Numbered from the stretch's first letter, positions 8,796 to 17,639 are shown. The stretch is 64,000 nt of DNA from Burkholderiales bacterium (GCA_025935675.1 JAICUU010000001.1:3935-67934), one strand, 5' to 3'. The notes: generated by a model not told the origin, from the letters alone. Numbers and translations: made by a program.

Positions 8796-9959
8796 ATGGC
8801 TGCCCGCCGATGCCACCGTCGCCAGCAGGGCTTCAGCCTCATCGATGTCATGGTCGGCATCGTCGTCGCGCTGATCGCGGTGCTCGTCATCTACCAGGTC
8901 TTCGACGTCGCCGAGGGCATCAAGCGCAATGCCACGGGCGCCGGCGACGCGCAGCAGAACGGCTTGCTGTCGACGTTCATGATGGCGCTGCAGGCCGCCG
9001 ACTCCGGCGCCAACATCGCCGTCGTCGCCGACGAGCTCGACGCCTGCCCGAAGGGAGACGGCTCGAGCCAGTCCGACGTCAAGGCGACGCTGCGCCCGTT
9101 CCCGATCATCATCACCGACAGCGGCGACGACGCCGCGTCGGATTCGTTCGTCGTCAACTACGGCTCGGCCGAGCGCGTCGTGACGTCGGTCAACTTCCGC
9201 TCCGCGCCGACGATCGCCCTCGGCGGCGACGGCGATACGTTCGACGTGCAAAGCCCGCTGGGCTTCCAGAAGGACGACATCATCGTCACGATGAGCCCGG
9301 ACGCCAACGGCACGGGCCAGTGCGCGCAGAGCATCGTCAAGGATGTCTCCGCCGTCGATGCCGACGGTTACGTCACGATCACGCACGGTGCGCAGGCCGT
9401 CGCGCCCTCCGGCACGACGAGCGTCTCGGGCAGCTCGTCGCTGCTGAACCTCGGCCCGACGCCGCGGCGGATCCAGTACAGCGTCGACGGCAACGGCACG
9501 CTGCAGTCGCTCGAGCTCTTCAACGTCGCGGACGGCACGACCTCGGTGCCCATCGCCAACAACGTCGTGCTGATGAAGATCCAGTACGGCATCGCCGACC
9601 CCGCGACCGGCTTCCTGCAGAAGTGGGTCAAGGCCGGCAACGACGGCAGCGAGGACTGGAGCGCCAACCAGATGCTGCAGAAGAGCTACACCGACCTGTC
9701 GCGGATCAAGGCGGTGCGCATCGCGCTGGTCGTGCGCAGCGAGTCCTACGACAAGTGCGCCTACGCGGACACCTGCCCGAACCCGACGTCCAACACCTTC
9801 AGCTACACGCTGTTCGGCCAGTGCGACGGCATCCCCTGCCCCGATGCCATCACCGGGTCGCTCGACCCGACGCCCGGCAAGGGCAACTTCCGCTATCGCG
9901 TCTACGAGACGGTCATCCCGTTGCGCAACGCCGTGTGGAACCTGCACAAGGCCGCCTGA
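8796..9959 (+). CDS. pilW: type IV pilus assembly protein PilW
   Basis: In frame with track ORF 8502..9959, with ATG 8796 lying 2 nt after the pilV stop. Translation begins MAARRCHRRQQG/FSLIDVMVGIVVALIAVLVIYQVF. Size (387 aa) and operon position fit PilW. Confidence 0.75.
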   Translation: MAARRCHRRQQGFSLIDVMVGIVVALIAVLVIYQVFDVAEGIKRNATGAGDAQQNGLLSTFMMALQAADSGANIAVVADELDACPKGDGSSQSDVKATLRPFPIIITDSGDDAASDSFVVNYGSAERVVTSVNFRSAPTIALGGDGDTFDVQSPLGFQKDDIIVTMSPDANGTGQCAQSIVKDVSAVDADGYVTITHGAQAVAPSGTTSVSGSSSLLNLGPTPRRIQYSVDGNGTLQSLELFNVADGTTSVPIANNVVLMKIQYGIADPATGFLQKWVKAGNDGSEDWSANQMLQKSYTDLSRIKAVRIALVVRSESYDKCAYADTCPNPTSNTFSYTLFGQCDGIPCPDAITGSLDPTPGKGNFRYRVYETVIPLRNAVWNLHKAA

Positions 9960-9962
9960 CCC

Positions 9963-10604
9963 ATGACGCGCGCACGCATTCCGAATCGCCGCCCCGCCGC
10001 GCTCCGCGCGCAGCGCGGCATCGTTCTCTTCATCGCGCTCATCGTGATGGTCGCGCTGTCGCTCGCGGGCGTCGCGCTGGTGCGCTCGGTCGAGACCACC
10101 GGATCGGTCACCGGCAACCTCGCGTTCCGGCAGTCGGCGCTGCTGCAGGCCAACTGGGCCGTCGAGGATGCGATCGGCCATGTCTACAAGCTCGACACGA
10201 GCCTCGATCCCTCGTCGCTGATCGACACGACGACGACCGACAACAGCGTGTTCTACAGCGCGATATTCGACCCGACCAAGGACTCGACCAAGTCGGCACA
10301 GCCGGGGCTGCCGTCCGGCGTCCCCGACCTCCTCTGGAAGAAGAGCGCGTTGCCGGCGGCCTACACCGACACCGCGAGCGGCAATGAAGTCAGGTATTTC
10401 ATCCAGCGGATGTGCACCTCCGCGGCCGAAGGCGCGACGGCGAACCAGGCGCAGTGCGACCTGATGCAGCCCAAGCAGGCGCTCGGCACGACGGTTGGCG
10501 ACGAGGCGATCAGCGTCGGCAAGTTCCCGCTTTACCGCGTCACCGTCCGCGTGGACGGCCCCAATAATTCGCTGGCTTTCATTCAAGCCATGATCCGTGG
10601 ATGA
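9963..10604 (+). CDS. pilX: type IV pilus assembly protein PilX
   Basis: 213 aa with a PilX_N-like N-terminus QRGIVLFIALIVMVALSLAGVALVRSVETTGSVTGN. It lies between pilW and pilY1. Confidence 0.75.
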   Translation: MTRARIPNRRPAALRAQRGIVLFIALIVMVALSLAGVALVRSVETTGSVTGNLAFRQSALLQANWAVEDAIGHVYKLDTSLDPSSLIDTTTTDNSVFYSAIFDPTKDSTKSAQPGLPSGVPDLLWKKSALPAAYTDTASGNEVRYFIQRMCTSAAEGATANQAQCDLMQPKQALGTTVGDEAISVGKFPLYRVTVRVDGPNNSLAFIQAMIRG

Positions 10605-10626
10605 CGGCAACCGCCCGGGAATCATC

Positions 10627-13600
10627 ATGAAGACATTCCGCAAGCCGTCCTTGTTCCGCCAGGCGCTCGCCGCCGCGCTGGCCATCCTCGTCGGCCTCGG
10701 GCCGGTGGCGACGCCCGCATACGCGGCGCTGACCGCGCTTTCCGACGAGCCGCTCAACGTCAAGAACTCGTCGAAGCCGAACATCGTGCTGACGATCGAC
10801 GACTCGACGTCGATGCTGTTCGACTTCCTGCCCGACACGGTGATCGACCGCTACTGCCGCGACGGCATGGGCTCGATGAGCTCGGTCTGCGGCGTGCCCG
10901 GCTACCAGGGCGACTTCTCGGCGTTCGGCTTCGGCAAGGACGTGACGCCGGGCTACATCTTCCAGCAATACAACTATCCGTTCACGACGTTCTCGAGCCA
11001 CGACAACACGTCGCCGTCGGTCGTCAACTACGACGTCGCGGGACCCGGCTCGGGATGCGATACGTCGATTCCCCGCTGCTCGCCCGGCGTCGACGTCGGC
11101 ACGAGCCCCGGCCTCCCGGTGTACCCGTCCACGGCGCTCTATTCCGACCAGACCAACCCCAACATCAACAGCGGCACCGCGTACAACGCCTACGGCTACT
11201 GGAAGCTGTGGCCGGCGCCGGCGCACAACAACGCCTTCAACCACCTCTATTACAACCCGATGCTGACGTACGCGCCGCCCGTCCACGCGGATGGCACGAG
11301 CTACGACAGCATGAATGCGACCAATACGACCAGCTGGACCAAGGTGCCGGTGGATCCGTTCGCGTCCACGATCGTCTACGCGGATCTCACCGCGAATGTG
11401 ACGGTGGGCCAGTGGTGCAACTCGGACTGGAGCGTCGGCCACGAGGACGACCCGGCGTATTGCCGCACCAACGGCGTCGGCCCGACGTCGACGAGCGCCG
11501 CGCTCGCCACGAGCGATGGCGACTACCTGTATCCCTACGTGCCGTCGGGCATCAATCCGTTCTACAACCTCGGCTACAAGAACGATAACGTCAACCCCGA
11601 CACGAACAAGTACACGATCGGCATGTCGATCGCGTACTCGAAGGTCAGCTCCACCGACAAGAGCGCCGTCAACGCGAGCGTCTGGAACCTCGGGGACTCG
11701 AGCGGCAGCGCCAAGGATTCCAAGTACTTCTTCGAGAACGACAACGTGCTGTGGTGCGATGCCACCGCGGCAAATTGGCCACATGGCGGCCCCACGCAGT
11801 CGCAAACCTGCACGGGCGCACAGACGCAGACCTGTAACGGCTTCGTCGCCGGCACGTGTACCGGCGGCTCGCAAACCTGCACGGGCACCGCGCAAACGTG
11901 CAAATCGAATTCGCAGACCTGCGTCAACAAGACCGCGACGCAGACCTGCCAGGCGCCCGCCACGCAGACCTGCAACAACATCACCGCACAGACCTGCAAC
12001 GGCTACCAGACGCAGACCTGCACCAACATCCAAGGCCAGTCCTGCAACGGCTACCAGACGCAGACCTGCGGGCTCGCCTCGCAGACCTGCAACGGCTACA
12101 AGACGCAGACCTGCAATCTCAAGAAGACCTGCGCCCAGAGCGGCTCGGCGTGCACGACCAGCGCCGACTGCCCGGACGACAGCACCACGTGCTCGACGCA
12201 ATTCGACCCGCCGGGTTGCAACACCTGCGTGGGCCCGGAATGCGGCACCTGCACGCTGAAGACCGTCTGCCAGAAGCAGGCCTGCAACACGTCGGGCGCC
12301 TGCTCCGTCAGCGGCGCCGGCTGCTCGAGCGACGCGAATTGCCCGGCCATCAACGGCAGCTGCAGCCTCACCGGCGCCGCTTGCGTCGGGAGCGGGGCCG
12401 GTAACTGCACCAACGCCGGCCACTGCAGCGTCAATACCGGCACCGTCTGCACGAGCGACGCCAACTGCGCGGCGATCAACGGCGCCTGCAGCAAGACCAG
12501 CGTCGCCTGCCAGCCCGCCAACGCGGCAACGCAATGCCCGGCCACCGGCAATTGCTCGGTGAATACCGGCACCTCGTGTACGACCAACGCCAATTGCGCG
12601 GCAATCAACGGCAAGTGCAGCGTCAGCAACGCCGCGTGCACGGGCACTGGCGCGGGCAACTGCCCGGCGCTCGGCAAGTGCTCGATCAGCAACGCGCAGT
12701 GCCAGACCAACGCCAACTGCCCGAACGTCGGCGGCACCTGCGACCTGACCGGCAAGGCCTGCGCGTCCGGGACCTGCCCGAAGGCGGGCAATTGCTCGAT
12801 CGTCACGACGACAGTCTGCGACACCAATTCGGATTGCGCCGCGGTCAAGAAGTGCTCGATCACCGGCGCCTCGTGCTCGGTGAATGCCGACTGCCCGGCG
12901 CAGAACCTGAAGTGCAGCATCGACGGCAATGCCTGCGCGACGAGCGCCGACTGCCCGGCGATCGCCAAGACCTGTTCGGCGGGCAACGTCGGTGCGACTT
13001 GCACGACCAACGCGAGCTGCAACGTCGCCGGACATTGCTCGATCCAGACCGGTACGGCGTGCACCACCAACGCCAACTGCCCGGTTGTTGCCGGGGCGTG
13101 CTCGATCAGCGGCGCCGCGTGCACGACCAACGCGAACTGCCCAGGCATCCCGACGGCCAGCGCCTCGGCGGTGTGCTCCGACATGCTGGCGGACGCCTCC
13201 CACACGCTGCGCTACGATGCCGATCATGACGGCGTGGTCTGCCGCCACAACAACAAGGCGTATGCGGACGGCACGTCGGCCGCGGCGTTCAACTATCCGA
13301 ACAGCAAGTACAACACGCCCGTCACTGCCGGCACCGGCGCCGACGCCTGCGTGGCGACGCCACGCTTCAAGGCGGTGCCGCGCCATTACTGGGTGACCAA
13401 CGTCGAGTGGTGCGACGCCGCGAACGCGAGCGGACCGTGGACGGGCTACGGCGACAACTCCACCGGCACGTGCCAGTCGTTCAAGGACAGCACGCACGTG
13501 TACCCGCGCTTCTACCAGTTCGGCGCCGGTCCGGCCGATACGGGTTACGCCAACAACGTCACCACGCCGGCGTTCCAGCGCATCGACCTCATTTCCGGCA

Positions 13601-16551
13601 ACTCGTACACGTTCACGTACAAGTCGGTGGACTGGGCGACCAGCACCGAGCAGGGCACCGACACCGTGACGCGGACGTACGCGCAGGAGATGGAGAATTA
13701 CGCCAACTGGTTCGCCTACTACCGCACCCGCATCCAGGCGGTGAAGACGGTGACGTCGCTGTCGTTCCTCGGCAAGGACCCGACGACGAGCAAGTTCAAC
13801 GTCGACGAGAACTTCCGCGTCGGGCTGCATTCGCTGTCGACCAACGCCTCCGGCGTCGCCACGGCGTTCGTGCCGCCCGATTACTTCGACGACACGCAGA
13901 AGTCGAGCTGGGCGACGAAGCTGTTCGGCATGGTGATCAACATGGCGCAGAACACGCCGAACCTTTCGGCCGTCGAGCGCATCGGCGACTACTACAAGAA
14001 CGGCAGCAGCACGGCGCTCGACACGACGACCGATCCGATCGTGCTCTCCTGCCAGAAGAACTGGCACATGCTGTTCACCGACGGCCTCACGTTCCAGGAC
14101 GCGCTGCCGACGTTCCAGCCCGGCGATCAGGATTTGACGATCAAATCCAACAACACGACGGACACGACGAAGATGCCGTTCTGCCAGAACGTCGTCGACA
14201 ACGTCACCGACTTGAAGCCCGGCGACAAGTGGCCGCACCCCTACCGCGAGGACGAGAGCAACACGATCGAGAACTCGGTAGCCGACTACGCCACGTACTA
14301 CTGGGCCAACGACCTGCGCCCCGACATGGACAACAACGTCGGCAAGAGCGCCCAGGACGAGGCGTGCTGGCAGCACGTCAACTTCGCGGCGATCTCGCTC
14401 GGCACAGAAGGCAAGCTCGCGGCCGGCGACCAGAGCGGCGTCGAGGCGCAGCTGACTGCCGGAGCAATCCAGTGGCCAACGCCGTATCCGTCCACGATCG
14501 CGCCGGACGCGTCCGGCGTCGACGACCTGTGGCATTCGTCGCTCAATTCACGTGGCCGGTTCGTCAACGCCAACAACGCGGACGAGATCAAGGTCGGAAT
14601 GGGCGCGATCCTCGCCGACATCGAGAACCAGGAAGGCTCGCGCGCCGGCGCCGGCTTGCAGTCCGTGAACTTCACGGCGAGCGGCACCAGCGCGTACTCG
14701 GTGACATTCGAGCCGGGCTGGGGCGGCATCGTCTCCAAGAACTCGATCGATCCCGTGACTTTCGCGATCCAGAGCACCTCGTGGACGGTGGGCGGCGGCA
14801 AGACGGGCGACGTGCTGAAGACGCAGCTCACCCCCACGCTGGCCAAGCCGACGCCGTGGGATACCAATCGCAAGATCGTGACGATGCACACCAACGGCAC
14901 CCCGGTCCCGTTCGTGTTCGACCAGCTCTCGTCGACGCAGCAGGATTCGCTGGCGCCCGGCAAGCCGGCGATCGGCAAGCAGGTGCTCGAGTATCTGCGC
15001 GGCAGCAACGTCAACGAGGGCCCGGCGACGCTCAACTTCCGTTCGCGCGCCTCCGCAGGGCCGCTCGGCGACATCGTCAACGCGTCGCCGAGATTCGTCG
15101 GCAAGCCGAACATGCCGTACCAGGATTTCGCGGATCCGGGCTACAGCGCCTTCGCCTCGAGCAACAGCACGCGCGAAGGCATGGTGTACGTGGCCTCGAA
15201 CGACGGCATGCTGCACGGCTTCGTCGACGAGACGGGGAACGAGCTCTTCGCCTACGTCCCGCGCACGATCATCCGTCCGACGGAAACCGACAGCACGAAC
15301 CCGGATCCCGGCATCCCCGCGCTCACGCTCAAGGAAGGCGCGCTGCCGCCGTTCAAGCATCACTTCTACGTCGACACGACGCCCAAGGTCGTCGACGTCG
15401 ACTTCGGCGACAAGGACTGGCACACGATCCTCGTCGGCGGCCTCGGCAAGGGCGGTCACGCGTACTACGCGCTCGACGTCACCGATCCCGACGGCATTCT
15501 CAACGAAAGCGATGCGGCGTCGCGCGTCCTCTGGGAGTTCACCGACGACGACCTCGGTTACACCTACGGGCCTGCGCTGGTCACCAAGACGGCGGCATGG
15601 GACCGCAAATGGGTGGTGATCGTGCCGTCCGGCTACAACAACAAGTCCGGTGTCGGCAAGATCTGGGTGCTGGACGCGAAGACGGGCGAAGTGCTGAAGA
15701 CCCTGTCGACCGGCTTCGGCAGCTCCACCAGCCCCTCGGGCCTCGCGCAGATCGCGGGCTTCACGCAGAACTATCACAACTACCTGTCGGATGAGGTCTA
15801 CGGCGGAGACCAGTACGGCAATGTCTGGCGCTTCGACCTGCGCGACACCAATCCGGACAACTGGACGGTCGGCCTGCTGGCCAAGCTCACCGCGCCCGAC
15901 GGCACGGCGCAGCCGGTCACGACGGCGCCGCAGATCGAGATCGACATCGTCAACGGCGCCGACCGGTGGGTCTTCGTCGGTACCGGCCGCCTGCTCGACA
16001 CCAGCGACCAGGACAACGACCAGATCCAGTCGTTCTACGCGCTGCGCGATGGCACGCAGAAGCTGCCGGGGACGATCGTCAGCGGCTCGCCGGTCGTGCG
16101 CACCGATCTCAACGCGGTCACCGACGAGAACGGCACGGCGGGCATCAACGCAAAGGGCTGGGTCAACGACCTGCCGCAATTCAGCCAGGTGACGACGCCC
16201 TTCCAGGCCGTGTTGTCGATCGTCGTGTACGCGGCCACCAAGCCGCAGACCGATCCGTGCCTGACCGGGCAGGCCGCGGACATCTACGTGCGGTCGTTCG
16301 CGCAGGGCGTGTCGCAGATCGATTCCGCGGCAGCGACGTCGTCGGGGATCACCTGCAGCGCCAACTCGTGCGAATCGGAGAACGGCGCGGTCGGCGCGGA
16401 AATCATCGGCACGACCGCCGACGGGTCGCCCACTGCCGATCTCGCCGTCGCGATCACGCTCGGCAGCTCAGGGCGCATCGCGAAGATTCCGATCAAGCAG
16501 CCGTCGTGGAACTACACGCACCGGCTGTCGTGGCGGATCCTGTCCGAGTAG
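10627..16551 (+). CDS. pilY1: PilY1-like type IV pilus tip adhesin with giant Cys-rich repeat insertion
   Basis: Track ORF 10597..16551; the start is probably ATG 10627 (signal peptide MKTFRKPSLFRQALAAALAILVGLGPVATPAYA). It has a MIDAS-like DDSTS (10798-10812), NYANWFAYYRTR and LFTDG motifs. The C-terminal PilY1/PilC propeller motifs are GMVYVASNDGMLHGF, LVGGLGKGGHAYYALDVTDP and YGGDQYGNVWRFDL. Confidence 0.85.
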   Translation: MKTFRKPSLFRQALAAALAILVGLGPVATPAYAALTALSDEPLNVKNSSKPNIVLTIDDSTSMLFDFLPDTVIDRYCRDGMGSMSSVCGVPGYQGDFSAFGFGKDVTPGYIFQQYNYPFTTFSSHDNTSPSVVNYDVAGPGSGCDTSIPRCSPGVDVGTSPGLPVYPSTALYSDQTNPNINSGTAYNAYGYWKLWPAPAHNNAFNHLYYNPMLTYAPPVHADGTSYDSMNATNTTSWTKVPVDPFASTIVYADLTANVTVGQWCNSDWSVGHEDDPAYCRTNGVGPTSTSAALATSDGDYLYPYVPSGINPFYNLGYKNDNVNPDTNKYTIGMSIAYSKVSSTDKSAVNASVWNLGDSSGSAKDSKYFFENDNVLWCDATAANWPHGGPTQSQTCTGAQTQTCNGFVAGTCTGGSQTCTGTAQTCKSNSQTCVNKTATQTCQAPATQTCNNITAQTCNGYQTQTCTNIQGQSCNGYQTQTCGLASQTCNGYKTQTCNLKKTCAQSGSACTTSADCPDDSTTCSTQFDPPGCNTCVGPECGTCTLKTVCQKQACNTSGACSVSGAGCSSDANCPAINGSCSLTGAACVGSGAGNCTNAGHCSVNTGTVCTSDANCAAINGACSKTSVACQPANAATQCPATGNCSVNTGTSCTTNANCAAINGKCSVSNAACTGTGAGNCPALGKCSISNAQCQTNANCPNVGGTCDLTGKACASGTCPKAGNCSIVTTTVCDTNSDCAAVKKCSITGASCSVNADCPAQNLKCSIDGNACATSADCPAIAKTCSAGNVGATCTTNASCNVAGHCSIQTGTACTTNANCPVVAGACSISGAACTTNANCPGIPTASASAVCSDMLADASHTLRYDADHDGVVCRHNNKAYADGTSAAAFNYPNSKYNTPVTAGTGADACVATPRFKAVPRHYWVTNVEWCDAANASGPWTGYGDNSTGTCQSFKDSTHVYPRFYQFGAGPADTGYANNVTTPAFQRIDLISGNSYTFTYKSVDWATSTEQGTDTVTRTYAQEMENYANWFAYYRTRIQAVKTVTSLSFLGKDPTTSKFNVDENFRVGLHSLSTNASGVATAFVPPDYFDDTQKSSWATKLFGMVINMAQNTPNLSAVERIGDYYKNGSSTALDTTTDPIVLSCQKNWHMLFTDGLTFQDALPTFQPGDQDLTIKSNNTTDTTKMPFCQNVVDNVTDLKPGDKWPHPYREDESNTIENSVADYATYYWANDLRPDMDNNVGKSAQDEACWQHVNFAAISLGTEGKLAAGDQSGVEAQLTAGAIQWPTPYPSTIAPDASGVDDLWHSSLNSRGRFVNANNADEIKVGMGAILADIENQEGSRAGAGLQSVNFTASGTSAYSVTFEPGWGGIVSKNSIDPVTFAIQSTSWTVGGGKTGDVLKTQLTPTLAKPTPWDTNRKIVTMHTNGTPVPFVFDQLSSTQQDSLAPGKPAIGKQVLEYLRGSNVNEGPATLNFRSRASAGPLGDIVNASPRFVGKPNMPYQDFADPGYSAFASSNSTREGMVYVASNDGMLHGFVDETGNELFAYVPRTIIRPTETDSTNPDPGIPALTLKEGALPPFKHHFYVDTTPKVVDVDFGDKDWHTILVGGLGKGGHAYYALDVTDPDGILNESDAASRVLWEFTDDDLGYTYGPALVTKTAAWDRKWVVIVPSGYNNKSGVGKIWVLDAKTGEVLKTLSTGFGSSTSPSGLAQIAGFTQNYHNYLSDEVYGGDQYGNVWRFDLRDTNPDNWTVGLLAKLTAPDGTAQPVTTAPQIEIDIVNGADRWVFVGTGRLLDTSDQDNDQIQSFYALRDGTQKLPGTIVSGSPVVRTDLNAVTDENGTAGINAKGWVNDLPQFSQVTTPFQAVLSIVVYAATKPQTDPCLTGQAADIYVRSFAQGVSQIDSAAATSSGITCSANSCESENGAVGAEIIGTTADGSPTADLAVAITLGSSGRIAKIPIKQPSWNYTHRLSWRILSE
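11809..13176 (+). repeat. in-frame cysteine-rich tandem repeat array inside pilY1 (aa 405-860 of the track ORF)
   Basis: Sub-array A (about 11800-12132) has about 14 copies of (S/T)QTC spaced 6-9 residues apart. Sub-array B (about 12301-13176) has about 14 modules of 18-25 residues with the pattern CS-x5,6-C-x4,7-C-x5,6, for example CSVNTGTSCTTNANCAAINGK. I count 67 Cys by hand. Confidence 0.9.
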
Positions 16552-16572
16552 CCCGATCGACGTGGTTCAATG

Positions 16573-16604
16573 ACGGCCGCGCCGCCTCCAAGCGGCGCGG
16601 CCGT
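16573..16604 (+). terminator. perfect 13-bp stem hairpin downstream of pilY1 (terminator or attenuating structure)
   Basis: ACGGCCGCGCCGC-CTCCAA-GCGGCGCGGCCGT followed by TGTCGTTGTCG, which is only a weak U-tract. It starts 22 nt after the pilY1 stop. Confidence 0.45.
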
Positions 16605-16630
16605 TGTCGTTGTCGAGCCCGCCTTCGCAC

Positions 16631-17374
16631 ATGAACGCCGCCGTGCTCCCCGCCTCGCCGCCGATCGCGCTGCGGTTGCCGGCGTCGCTCGCGGTGTCGC
16701 TCGCGATCCACGTGGTGCTGCTGGTGTCGATCGGCGTGCTGTTGCGCGCCATGCCGGCGACCCTCGGCCCGCAGCGAAACGTCGCACAGGCGCTGACCGC
16801 GGACATCATCACGCTGCCCGAACTGAGCCCCGAGCTGACCGCGCCATTGCCGGCGCTCGCGCCGGTCGAGCCGATCCGTGAAATGATGCCGCCGCCGGTC
16901 GCACCGGTGTCGCGCAACACGCCCGAGCCTGGCCTGTCGACGGCGCCCGCGACGATCCAGGCCAGCGCCGAGTTCGCGCCGGTCGGACGGATCTCGTATC
17001 GTTTCGGCGACGGCGCGCGTCTTTTCGGCGCCGATCTCGCGAAGCGCATGGCGGCGCGGTTTCCCGAAGTGGCCGCGCGCCCGCCGCGCATCGACGGCAG
17101 CCTGTCGGCGATGTACCCGGTGAAGGCGGCGCGCGAGGGGCGCTCGCAGGCGCTGTCGGCGCTCGTGTCGATCGACGCGCAGGGTCACATCACCGATGTC
17201 CGGGTGTTGCCGGACGATCCGGTCTTCGCCGCGGCGGTGATGGCGGCCGTGCGCAACGCGCGCTTCCAGCCGGCACAGATCCTTGGCAAGCCCGCGCCCT
17301 ATTGGGCCGTGCTCGATTTCACGTTCAAGATCGATGGACCTACGGGTCCTGACGGCAAGCTCCTCGACAGATAG
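16631..17374 (+). CDS. TonB family energy transducer
   Basis: In frame with track ORF 16604..17374; ATG 16631 lies outside the hairpin. It has a TM helix with SLAIH (the SxxxH motif), a Pro-rich linker PLPALAPVEPIREMMPPPVAPV, and a TonB C-terminal domain YPVKAAREGRSQALSALVSIDAQGHITDVRVL...AAVRNARFQPA. Confidence 0.75.
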   Translation: MNAAVLPASPPIALRLPASLAVSLAIHVVLLVSIGVLLRAMPATLGPQRNVAQALTADIITLPELSPELTAPLPALAPVEPIREMMPPPVAPVSRNTPEPGLSTAPATIQASAEFAPVGRISYRFGDGARLFGADLAKRMAARFPEVAARPPRIDGSLSAMYPVKAAREGRSQALSALVSIDAQGHITDVRVLPDDPVFAAAVMAAVRNARFQPAQILGKPAPYWAVLDFTFKIDGPTGPDGKLLDR

Positions 17375-17639
17375 CCGTCGCTCACGCGCCGGGCGACCTT
17401 TGCCGCTCTCGCGCGCAACCCTGCGCGGTCATGAGCCATCGGCAGGCATCCCTCCGGCCGATCGCCCGATGGCTATCCGCCGACACGCGGCTCGATCGCA
17501 CCCTCGCGGCACTCTTCCATGCGACCGCACCTGAACGGCACTGCCAGTCGAGTAGCGCGTCGCTCTTCCGGCCGATGGCGCGCGGTGGCCCGCGACCATC
17601 ACCATCGCTTCAGGTTTCACGGCAGCGAAGCGGCGTCAG

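Noticed and set aside
11800-13176. Whether the pilY1 repeat region could be a CRISPR array, a non-coding tandem repeat, or thrombospondin type-3 / Myxococcus Cys-rich repeats
   Set aside because: It is in frame within a 5.9-kb ORF bounded by PilY1 motifs. The units are degenerate at the DNA level and have no repeat-spacer structure. They lack the Asp-rich DxDxDG calcium motif of TSP3 and the longer CGDG pattern of the myxobacterial repeat, so only NCP is shared.
10579-14535. 1318-aa minus-strand ORF (and 8682..10838, 718 aa; 12096..13205, 369 aa) antisense to the pilus genes
   Set aside because: The Arg/Ala/Gly-rich translations have no recognisable motifs. The opposite strand encodes clear PilW/PilX/PilY1 homologues. 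Long stop-free antisense frames are expected in very GC-rich DNA.
17375-17639. Non-coding stretch before hicA searched for integrase remnants, attachment repeats or small ORFs (17431..17643 and 17429..17620)
   Set aside because: The ORF translations are featureless and Arg/Ser/Ala-rich. I could not see any repeat matching the region downstream of hicB.
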